A DNA stretch of 40,440 bases from Catajapyx aquilonaris (Eukaryota). A model generated the notes under the pieces. It saw nothing but the letters and a program-made list of their open reading frames with translations, was not told the DNA's origin and made no database searches. Both the position numbers and the translations under genes were made by a program. Of this stretch, positions 1 through 11,500 are shown in pieces (the first letter of the stretch is position 1; each line of letters begins with the position of its first letter). The DNA is taken from positions 1 through 40,440 of the forward strand of contig JYFJ02003534.1 in assembly GCA_000934665.2 (NCBI GenBank). The letters are read 5' to 3'.

Positions 1-97
1 TGGCAGGGCAAATCTCCGGACATCATATGATGTCCGTAGGCCCTCCAGCAATGCAAGCTCGGACATCATATGATGGCCGTAGGCACCAAAGGGTTAA
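1..97. mobile_element. Right end of a piggyBac-type non-autonomous element (truncated by window start)
   Basis: Ends ...CCAAAGGG|TTAA (TTAA target, CCCTTT-type terminus). Two copies of a subterminal palindrome CGGACATCATATGATGTCCG (17-36 perfect; 60-79 one mismatch). Confidence 0.6.
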
Positions 98-807
98 AAA
101 GTTTAGTTCCGAAAGGGGAGCCTGTAGCTCTTCATTTGTGTCGGATTTGGAACACGTTCAGTTGGTACGCGTGTGACAGATAGAAGCGGCAACGCAGCAA
201 AGGCCCGGGCCAATTATCGCGTAGCAATGTGACGTTATTGCCGGGTGGATTCGAATGATTCGATTATTATATTATAATAATTATAACTACATAAACTAAT
301 ATAACGGTTCTGACGTCTGACAAGCACCCCCGCCAAACGAAAATCCTGTGTGAGCCATTTGTGAAAACCATCATACTAACTTGCACTCATATTTCGCGGT
401 CGTATGCAACCGTATCTCGCTACCGTAAACAACGCTATGTTGCCACGTCCTCACTCGAGTTGAGCAATGTGACGTCACTGGATCATTTTCGGATCGTTTT
501 TCAGCAATACAAATTGAAAGAGCACGGTGAGGTAGGTTTTTCTTTTTGCGGTTACGATCAGTATATAATTCCCGACATATTCCACATTAAATTTTAAAAT
601 TCTCATTTGCTTATCATTTTTTTGTGGACTATTGAAAATTCTGCCATAAGGGCCCATGTTAAATCGCGAACTTCTGAGCCCTCTAGTTCGCTAATTTGCA
701 CGGTGACGTGTATTTTTCTTTGCACCATTGATAAGAGGACACAAAACTGCGTAACATGTTTTTTTCATAAAATTCTCATTGAGTGACTCTAGCTTCATTT
801 CCACCTT

Positions 808-1105
808 AAGGTCCCGGGTTCGATCCCAGCCCGGGGACACCCCCTTCATCTCGTGCAGAGTTCAGGGCCATCTCTGACTTCGTCTCGGGTGGTATTTCCT
901 ATAGACTAAACCACCCAGGGGAGCTCACAAAATGACCACATATGGCATTGCACTGCACTTGCACATCCCCTCCTGTCATCCTCCCTATCGCTCGCGGTAC
1001 CCGGGCGTTACGGCAAAAGGACCAACTGTATCAAACTTGTACAAATTTAAGCATAAATAAAGGTACTGTGCCGATGCCCTAGGGCGGTGCACTAAACCCC
1101 AATTA
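808..1105 (+). mobile_element. 5'-truncated tRNA-derived SINE
   Basis: Starts with B box AAGGTCCCGGGTTCGATCCC, as in the SINE at 29159. Shares the CATTGCACT(GCACT)TGCAC body motif with it. Ends ...CACTAAACCCCAATTATA. No A box or TSD seen. Confidence 0.6.
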
Positions 1106-1114
1106 TATATAATT

Positions 1115-1631
1115 ATACTTTTTCCGCAGTCTCTTGAAGTTTGTTGTATCCGGGTTCAACTGTAGGCCTACTATTAACCCCCGTTCGCTCCCTGCAGGGA
1201 GCGAACGGGGGTTAATAGTACAGTTCAAGAGACTGCGGAAAAAGTATGTTATAGCCAAGGTCTGTTATAGCCGAATCGTCACGCAACATAAACATAAATT
1301 TCTGCTTTCAATATGGCTGTACTATGCACTACTAGACTACATACTGATTAATGAAATCTGTCACAAATGCAATATTGGCTCACCCGAAAATTATGCAGGA
1401 CCAAACTATCCGAAATTTCCTTCTGCCGTCTCCTTTTTGCAAATTTTATACCTGGAAACCAATATTTTCCCACCGAGGGTCCAAGAAATGGTCTGTTATA
1501 CCCGAGGTGAGGTGAAAATGAGTCTGTTACATCAGGAGTACAAATACACAGTCCCTAATGGAAGCATGCCGGGACAGTCTTTATAACCAAGTCTGTTATA
1601 GCCGAGGCTGTTATGTCCGGATTCAACTGTA
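1115..1631. mobile_element. Nested or rearranged Tc1/mariner-pogo-type MITE cluster with a 52-bp perfect palindrome
   Basis: Perfect palindrome 1169-1220. 24-bp inverted repeat 1115-1138/1224-1247. Pogo-like ends CCGG(G/A)TTCAACTG|TA at 1151-1164 and 1617-1631. Repeated GTTATAGCCGA subterminal motifs. Confidence 0.6.
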
Positions 1632-1707
1632 ATAATCTGTAATAAGTGCAATGAGTTCACACCAGCGGCAGGGTAACATTTCGCTAATAACAATATGGCT
1701 AGTGGGT

Positions 1708-2183
1708 AAACAAGAATTGTCGTTTCTAGGTGATGGGATTATGAACAAATGAATTAATGACAGAAAAAATAAGAGGTAAAAAAATCACAGCTCCAATCCT
1801 GTAGCAGTGGGAACTGTGAGATTTTGAACATAGATCCGCACCACGATCCGCACCATCCCACTGCACCTTCCGCCCTTTGATGAAGGAACCGAATTCCGAA
1901 GAGGTATTGAGCAAAAAAATGAAAACGTATTTTTTGGTGGTTTTAAATTTTTTGCGGCGTTTTGAAGAGGAATTAAGTAAAAGTGTAAATGGTAGGAAAT
2001 CAAGTCACGACGGTGGGGATCTGTGTTCAAAATTTGGAAGCTCTACCTACAGCAGAACTTGAGTTAGGGCGAATAAAAAAAACGTAACAAGAAGAACAAG
2101 AACAAGAAGAAGTAGGAAAAATTCATTGTTGAAACATTGTTGAAATCTATGCTACGGTCTTACTTAAGGGCTATCGCCCTTAA
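1708..2183 (+). mobile_element. Possible Helentron-associated (DINE/HINE-like) non-autonomous element
   Basis: AAACAAG start, AAATTTGGAAGCTCTA core, (AAG/AAC)n microsatellite about 2085-2112, and a terminal hairpin TTAAGGGC-TATC-GCCCTTAA near 2164-2183. Pattern recognition only. Confidence 0.35.
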
Positions 2184-2599
2184 AATGGGCACGTGTGCTG
2201 TGTGAGGTTCAACTTCAGGGCTTTCCAAACGTATTTATTAATCGTGATGTTGCAACCGTACCCTGTTACAACCGACCCCGATCTCCCTTACGGTTAAGTA
2301 GTGAATTTTACAGGATGGGCGGAAAGTCACTGTATACTCCTCACGGTATGGCGAAGGTATAATTACACTGTACTACAGATTATCCTGGTGCGGATAATCC
2401 GTGCACCGCCAAAAAATAAATGTTTAAATTAAAGTCCGAAAAAATGGGTCGATTTTTCGCCCCTTGGTGCTCATACGTTCAACCTAGACTAGAAGTTTGT
2501 CTAAATCATTATCAAACACCATGTATTCAGAAAGTAATAGTATATTACACAAGACCACTTACTTCTTCAACTTAATTTGTCATAACTTTATCATTTCCT

Positions 2600-5500
2600 T
2601 CACATTCGTTTATCTCCTTTTCCTGTGCTTCTTCGTTTTCTTTTCTCTGTGCTGTTTCTTTTCATTTCTTTCCCTTCCTTCTCTACTCGTCTCCTTTTTT
2701 CCTTTTCCTCCTGTGCTTCTACTTTCTCTTCCTCTTTTTCACGTGCTTCTTTTTCCTCTTTTTCCTCTTTCTCTCTTTCCATTATTTGTTTTCTCTTTTC
2801 CTCTGCTTCTTTTACTTTTCTTTCTTTCTCCTGCCTTTTTCTTTCTTTCTCCTGCCTTTTTCTTTCTTTCTCTTGCCTTTTCATTTCTTCTTGTTTTTCT
2901 GCTTCTACTATTCTTTCTTCTCGTCGAGTTTCTCTCTCTTGTAGTCTCTTTCTGTTTCTTTCTTCTCGCAATCTGTCTTTTTCATTTCTCCTTTCAATTA
3001 TTTTTCGTTTCTTGTTTAATACCTCTTGTGATTTTGTTAGCTGTTCCTCCTCGATTGGTGCTTGTTTTTGTTTTGATGGTGATTCTTTTACTTTCCTCTG
3101 TGATGGTGCTTCTAATTTTGCCTTTAGGTCCTCTTCTTTCTTCTTCATCTTCTTCATCTTCTTCATCATCTTCATCTTCATCATATTTTTCTTCATCTTC
3201 TTCATCTTCTTCATCCTCTTCTTCTTCTTCTTCATCTTCTTCTTCATCATCTTCTTCATCATCTTCCTCTTCTTCTTATTCTTCTTATTCTTCTTCGTCT
3301 TCTTCGTCTTCTTCTTCGTCTTCTTCTTCGTCTTCTTCTTCTCTCTTCTCTCTTCTGATGATTTCTTTTTATGTGTCCTGCGTGATCTTTAAAAAAGAGA
3401 AGCATCAATAAATTTGTCAAGAAAACGTTTAAATGTTGACCCCTAGAAGCATTGGGAAGGGAGAAATCGTCTATTGGTTAAGTCACTGGTCAGTCTAACG
3501 AAATATCTTGGCCTCCATTCCTGACCTGATCACCTTCACTTGGTCAGAATTTTGAGGGAAATATTAGGAGTATTCTCCATGAAGTTACTGGCTTTCTATG
3601 TTTGAAATATCATTGATTTTCAATCAACATTATTATGAATGACTATGCAAAAAGAAAAAAAGCTCACCTTTTGACTTTGAAGTTCCTAGGAAGTGATAGT
3701 CCTTTCTGAGCAGCTAAGCGGCATTTCGAAAGGAAGTATTCCAGCCATATCGTCTTAAAAGGGGAGTTAAATTTTCTACCCATGTAGTACAGCTTTTTGT
3801 CTTGGAAAACCTATAAAATATGACAGGAAATACACATTCTAAACGGCTACGGCTAGCTACGAATATCGTACTGGTCCGATACAGATTAGTAAATTGGGTT
3901 ACTACAAATAGATATGACTTTTTGCACTTTATGTCCGGTCACTCGCCGCCATCTTGCGTGCCGTTATCCCTTCCCACATTGGCGCTCATTGAAGCATTCG
4001 GTAAGTGCGGTTTAATGCAGTGGTAATCCTAGCTACTTCTTAGGTTAAACACCTTACTCTTTGACACTCCAGTGTACACTTTAGAGTCTAGTGGTTAATC
4101 CCTTGCGAAAAAGTTTGATTGGGGGTTCTCTTTAGAAATAACTTATTTTCTATCTCTGATGTTAATCATTTGGTATATTAGTAGATGAGACTTGCACAGT
4201 GCACACCAAATCAGAATCCTATTTTTGATGTGTACCGTACTTAATCAAGTGTGAACATTGTGAAAACTTAATTGTCCAGTTTGAATCATGCTATTAAAAA
4301 GGATGGGTGCATTCGTTAATAGCTCATACTTTTGATAAGCATTAAGAACTATGCTAAAGTAACTGCTAAAATGAGCAGGTTAGTGACAACAAGAGTAGCC
4401 AGATATCACTATGTTTGACTAAACTGGTTTGAATGCACTTACCAAGAAGTAGTCAGCCTTGACCTTGTTTCTTTTGTATAGTAGGGGCTTCAGCCATCCA
4501 CGCGGCTTCTTTGGCTTGTAGGGTAGAAATGCCATCTTAAGCCCTCCTATCTTTCTCTTCACAATTGTTGGCATAAAACTGTCTAGTATACGTCGCGTAC
4601 CTTTGTCTCGATAACTTCTGAATACTTTCCTTATGTGCGGCATCTTCCATCTTTCTGGCTCAGATGCTATTTCCAGATCTCTTGCTCTTTTGGATAGTTT
4701 TCTTAGTCGTTTTATTTGTTTATATCGTTGTAGCCATTCTTTTGCAGCGACTTGTCTCCACAGTGATTCTGACCAGTTTCTTAATTCATTTGTTGTCTTC
4801 CATGAATGATCTGGTATATCTAGTAGAGTCTCGTAAGGTTTAATATCAAGGACTTCTTGCGGGAGATTCACAGCAAATCGCTTCACATAACATATAGGAT
4901 TTTTTGTATAGTTGAATCCCCATAGAAAACCTATGTTCCATACACCACGACCTCCATATAGATATGGCGATACGTCCATAAATAGCAAACCCTTTGAATT
5001 TTTTCGCAACTTCCTTCCTCTCATAGGGCGCGGTTTATTCATGTTCAACCTCTTGTTGGCGGCTTTGCCTGATTTATTCCAGTTTTTCCACTGATGGCTT
5101 TCTAGCCATCTTGAAGATAGATCAAATAGCCAATCTGAATGATATTCAGGCTGGGCATACTCTTTTGCTGTTTTGCCCTTCACATAAATATGCTTCATTA
5201 TATGTCTTGCAGGTGCTAAGGGTTTAAGAGGTTTTTCTGTTTCCTGAAGTTCATTGTCATTCTCTTGTACCGTACTCTCCACTTTCTCCCCTTTCTTATC
5301 TTTCTCCTCTTTCTCCTCTTTCTTCTGTTTCTTCACTTTCTTCATTTTCTCCTCTTTCTTCAACTTCGCCTCTTTCTTCAATTTCGCCTTTTTCTGCTTC
5401 TCCTTGGCAGCATAATACTCATCATATACCTCCTCGTCCTCCTCGTCCCACACCACGTCCTTGCCCTCATCGTAGACCTCGTCATCCTCCTCCTCCTCCT

Positions 5501-8500
5501 CGTCATCGTCCTCGTCCTCCTCCGACCCCGACCAGGACCCCGATTCCGACTTCGTTTCCGAACCCGACCGTGACTCCGTTTCCGACTTCTCATCGGCGTC
5601 CTTTTTCTGATATATTTCCTGACCCTTTCCCTTCTCCCTCACCTCTTCCTGTTTTGGGTCCAACTGCATCTTCACATTTCTTCCTTCCTCCTTTCGCTTC
5701 TTAGGCTTTTCTTCCTTCTCCCCTCTCTCCTCTTTCTCCTGCATCCAATATTCATTCTCCTGCTCTTTTTCATCATCTTGGTCATTACCTGGTAAGATCG
5801 AGACCAGCTCAGCCTTCTCCTGCTGTTGCTCCATTTCATCCTGCTGCTCTGTGTCCTCCTTTTCCTCCTGCTGCTCAGTCTCCTCCTGTTGTTCTGTCCC
5901 CTGCTTTTCGTCTTGCAGCTCTATCTCCATCAGCATTTCATATATTTCCTTACGCCGCTTCTTCTTCTTTACTGCCACCTTATACCTTGGGTCCCTCATC
6001 CATATGACCCATGACAGCTCCCTATACATCTTCATCATCTCCTTCACAAGCTTAGGACCCTCATATATCATATCCAGTTCCTTCAACTGATCCTTCTTCC
6101 TCTTAACCTCCCCTAGCTGCCTATTCTTCTGAGTCTCCTTCTTTTTTGGTGTCTTCTTCCTAATATTTTCTTCTTCCATGATCCCCAGCTCGTTCAAGTC
6201 ATCTTCCTTCTTCTGGCTCTCCTCCATCTTCCCTTTCTTTTTCTTCTGCTTATTTTTCTTTTTCTTTTTCGATTTCAGCGAAAGTGACTCCTCCATCATT
6301 ATTGCCATAGGGTTCTTATAGTTACATTTCTTTTCCCGCTCATCTATCATCTTTCCTAACCTTTGACGCTCTTCTTCCTCATTACGAATTTCATCGTCAC
6401 ATTGTTTTACGATGCGATACGTATTTATTCTTGCTTTTTGAACTCTGTCCATGCTCTCCTTGCATGATTTAAGACGTTTTATCAGATCGTTCTGAGGAAG
6501 TCTGGTCACCTCTGTCTTCATCTTCTTCATGTTATATTGACGCACCCGAGGTTCGCGGCGACGTTTACCGGCTGAAGCAAAAGCTATATCGTATTGGACA
6601 ATGTATACTTCGTCTTCAGAATTAAGACCGCATGGTTGGGGCACGTTGTTCTTCTTCATTTTCTTATGTGCTCTCAATAAAGACGAGGTCAGGCGAGACT
6701 TACGAAACTCAAATGAATTAATGACATGAATCAAAACTTGGCGCCCTTCAGGAACCATTTCCAGAAACTTTTCTAACTCCAGGTCAGTCACCTGAGGAAG
6801 GGTATTGGGTGGACAATTGCATTGAAACCTAAGAGGAAGAGGAAACTTCGCAGTGTCACGCAAGCTGCCACCTGGTGGAGGTGGATCCTTTTTCATCCGC
6901 TTAAACCGTGCTTCTTTCACCAGTCGCTTTCTCAAAATGGAAGGACAGAATGATTGCGAGTATGGTTTCTTGAGATAATATGGAGGAGAGTCTGGAGGAG
7001 GGTCTGGAGGAGAGTCTGGAGGAGAGTCTGGAGGCGAGTCTGGAGGCGAGTCTGGAGGCGAGTCTGGAGGAGAGTATGGAGGCGAGTCTGGAGGCGAGTC
7101 TGGAGGAGAGTCTGGAGGTGAGTCTGGAGGCGAGTCTGGAGGAGAGTCTGAATCCCATTCATCGATCCTGTGAAAAATGAGAAAAAGAATTATGGGATTG
7201 TATAAAATTTCTGAAAAGATAATGAATCTGAATCTCAATAATTTACACATTGGCCTCAGCAAATGGTGCTAATGAGATTACAAAGTACCTGTAGAAAGAC
7301 GCCTGCACCCCTTTCACCCGCATAAAGCGATTTCACATCTCGTCTACACTGAAGAATCAATAATTGTGATTTCGCCACAGATTTGGCATCCTGTTTTGGT
7401 GATTCTCATCACCCTATACTCCTGCCTGTACTCATAATAATTTGGTATGGATACCCATAAATCTGCGAACTCTCCTCGTCTAAATACGAACTCGGGGGCA
7501 CCAATTCGGACACATAATTATTATTACTAAGCCTGAAATTATTATAACTATATTGACCTACAAGTAAAGTAATTCGGCTGCTATACAATCAAATGCAACA
7601 AAAGTAATCTTGTTTGTGTCCAAGGGTCAAATTATGCACCGTAAATGCAAGTTTACATTTTTGTTCATATTTCTGAAAAGAATGTAAAAATGATTAAAAG
7701 TCACCGGGGTGGTTTTGGTACAGTACATGACATGGCATCTGGTAAAACATATAGAGCTGTATATGCTTATCTTTTCTCAGAATAAAAGTGACCCCCCGAG
7801 AAAACTAAATCTAAGGTGATTATAAGATCCAGGTGAATTTGCATTAATATACCATCATTATTGCAGGATCCGGAAAAAAGGCCACGTTTGTGTTTCTTCC
7901 CTACTATCAACTACTTTGGACTATCTTATTATATTGCGATATGGTTGCCTTTCGGAATATTATTGGTCCCCATTGTGTTGTATAATATTTTGGTCATGCT
8001 CAGTAAACTATTTCGGCTGGAAACGATATCTGAAGTTGATGGAATTCGAGTCATGGGTCCTGATCTAATTTTAGGTGAAATTTCAATCTACGAAACAAAC
8101 TATTAAAATAACAGGATCATCTACAGAGCTGGGTGCATGAGTAATATTGTCTCAGTTTATGTGGGTGCCACGCTGAAACAGCTGAAATTGGCACGTTATT
8201 TAAATTAATTTGAAAGTGGGATTCATACAGTATAAGCCACAGACCCTAACAGATCAGTTTCTGAATGACACTACTTCTTGTGACGATATTGCTTCGGTTG
8301 AATTTCCTATAGTGACGTAATGTCAAGATGTGGTCAAGATTACGAGTACAGGTTTGTATGGTACTTATAGTGACCATGGAAATTAGAAGTTACAAAATCA
8401 AATAATATGAAGATACAAATTATTACTGGGCCTTGAGGTGACACTTACATTGCTACAGAAAGCAACGCCAGTTCCTTCTCGTTGGATATAGTCACATACG

Positions 8501-8509
8501 ACATCAACA

Positions 8510-8551
<42 letters not shown>

Positions 8552-11500
8552 TCATACCCCATTGAAGCCGTTCTGGCTTTTTAGGGGGGAGATTTGTTTT
8601 TTTGGCTGGAACTCTTGTAAACTTTATTTCGCTTTTTGGGACGGGATAGGGATGGAAGGAAGCGGCTGTGGCCTATTAACTAGGAAACACCTGGAGGAAC
8701 CGTGGGAAACCACAGAAAACCACGGTCAGAGTTGCCGGCACCGGGATTCGAACCTCGAACCCAGGACCTCCCGATTAGCAGGCGGACTCCATATCCACTA
8801 CACCAACCTGCTTCGGTATACGACATCAACAAAAGCACCAGACATGGCTGCTGAATGCAACAATAGCCACGAACGTACCAAATGCCATTCTTCCATTGTT
8901 GAAGTTGGTTACTCATTACGTCACTCGTTGGTAAATGGTAACACGTCCCTCCCACCCGTTTCAGTTTTGAAAATTCATATCTCCCTTTTGGAGGGTCAAA
9001 TATTTTGCGGACTTTCACAGGCATACTTTTTGAAGGACATGAGACGTTTTAAAACTCCAATTTGATATATGTTGTAATTTTTTGGACAATGGCCCTTTCA
9101 GGTGGTTTCATTTGGTCCAGATCCCCAAAAGCAATATCACCTTAGTAATTCGAAAGGAACTATACAGTTTGGTATTATCAAAATGCGCAAACCTTTTCCA
9201 TAAGCCAACATTACAAAATTATTCCTGATTAACACCATAGGTAGTTAGTTATGGTATACAGAAAAACAACCTCCCATTTTGAGCATCATTCTGAAATTAA
9301 CATGGCAGTAAAATAAGCTTATTAATTCCGAATAAACAGCAAATTACATCACTTAAAGAGCATTATTACAAAGACACTACCTGTATAAATTCGCATAAAG
9401 TACACTATTTATACCCAGTAAACCACCTTAGCTAAACACATGTACGTCGTATAGTAATGGCCTTCTGGTAAATGCATGCCACGGCCAAGAAACTCATAAT
9501 ATGTGAAGTAGTGTCCAATAAAAATGGAATAGGTTTTAAATAATGGAGGCATGCCGTTTCACTTGGATACGCCACTAATAATATTCTGTATAAAAGCCCC
9601 CCACTATACAGGGTCTATCAAAACTCTACCGTAAGCCATGTACCAATGGCATAAGGGGCACCAGATCATCATTATATGTAGAGGGGTCATCATCTCTAGG
9701 CAGCCACATTACGTAGATAATTGATCATTTGCGAAGTAGCGATTGCGCTTAAGCGTGATTGTAGAATAGCAGTGCATCTGGGGGGAACTGCATTCTAAGA
9801 GCCCTTAGTGACTACCCCAATAGCAGTGTGGCAGTAGCCCCCCAGAAAATAGCTGCGACATCACCTGTGATGCGATTGGCGGCTGAAGGTTTGCATACCT
9901 GCCAGGATATTTTATACCTATTGGTTGAGGTCAATTATCTCGGTCATGCGGCGGCCCAAGCCTATGATTCCGATACTGTATATGATCATCTGCTGACCAT
10001 TACGCCATTGGCATATGGCTTACGGTAGAGTTTTGATACACCCTGTAGCCTATATCATTATGTAGCTTGCAAATTGTAATTTAAAAAAACACTTACTCGT
10101 ACTGAATATATTCCTCCTGTTCTTCTTCCTGTTCTTCTTCCTGTTTTTCTTTCTGTACTTCTTCATCCCAGGGATTCGGTGACACGATAAAAGACAAATC
10201 GTACATTGGTGATCTCCAGGGTGTGTGGTCCTTGGTGGGGCCCGATGGCAAGATCGAGTCATCAGGAAACATAATCCGGCCTTTAGATGACATCCGTATC
10301 TCATCAGGCAATAATGCCACTTCCTCAGACGTCATGCACTCTTCATCAATCATCAGGTATTCATCGTCAGGCAACAAGGCCAATTCATTAAGCGTCAGGG
10401 ACGTGTCGTCAGGCAACAAGGCCAAGTCTTTACACACAGGAGACGTGAGGTCCAACGAGACCGAATCATCAGTCCACCCCCGGGTCATGTCCTCAGGCAA
10501 CGAGGTCAAGTCCTCAGACGTCAGGGTCATGTCCTCAGCCAACAAGACCAAGTCATCAGACGTCAGGATCATGTCCTCAGCCAACAAGCTCAAGTCCTCA
10601 GATGTCAGGGTCATGTCCTCAGCCAACAAGGCCACGTGCTCAGTTGTAAGCGGCGTGTCATGAGCCAACAAGGCTAACTCCTTAGGCGTTAAAGTCATGC
10701 AATCAGCCAACAAAACCAAGTCCTCAGACGTTAGGTCGCTGTCATCAGACAATACTTCTACGTCCTTAGACGTCAGGGGCGCGTCATCAGACATCAAGGC
10801 CAACTCCTTAGACGTCAGGGGCGCGTCATCAGACATCGAGGTCAACTCCCCAGACGTCAGGGACGCGTCATCAGACATCAAGGCCACATTCTGAGCCTCC
10901 AGGGACGTGTCATAAAATAAAGTCAAGTCCTCAGGCCTCAGGATCATATTATTAGCCAAAAAAGCCAACTCTTTATACTCCAGGGGCGTATAAACAAAGG
11001 ACAAACCCAGGTCATCAGGCGTCAGGGGAAAGTCATCAGACGTCAGAGACATATCATCAGACTCCAGGGACATGTCATCAGACGCCAGGGACATGTCATC
11101 AGACGTCAGGGACACGTCATCACGCAACACAGCCAGGTCATCAGATGTCATGGATATGCCATCACGCAACACAGCCAGGTCATCAGATGTCATGGATATG
11201 CCATCACGCAACACAGTCAGGTCATCAGATGTCAGGGACATGTCATCACACAACAAAGCCAAGTCCTCAGACGTGAGGAACATGTCATCGGACATGTCTT
11301 CTAATGAGTCATCAACCGACTCATCAGACGACTCTTCAGACGACTCTTCAGACGACTCATCAGACAACTCTTCAGACGACTCCTCAGACGACTCTTCAGA
11401 TGTCTCATCAGACGACTCTCCAGACGACTCCTCAGACGACTCTTTAGACGACTCTTCAGACGACTCTTCAGATGATTCTTCAGATGACTCATCAGACGAC

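Noticed and set aside
2497..3411. Plus-strand 304-aa and 255-aa Phe/Leu/Ser-rich ORFs that look like membrane proteins
   Set aside because: Antisense shadows of the purine-rich minus-strand exon; they have no splice context or real domain.
7168..7262. N-terminal part of the 947-aa ORF as a single-exon gene start
   Set aside because: It is the intron polypyrimidine tract; a strong acceptor TTTTTCACAG sits at 7168 in the correct phase.
8740..8817. tRNA gene (also the heads at about 810 and 29165)
   Set aside because: No intact acceptor stem or poly-T terminator. The heads continue into a SINE body, and the 8512 and 29159 copies have microsatellite tails and TSDs.
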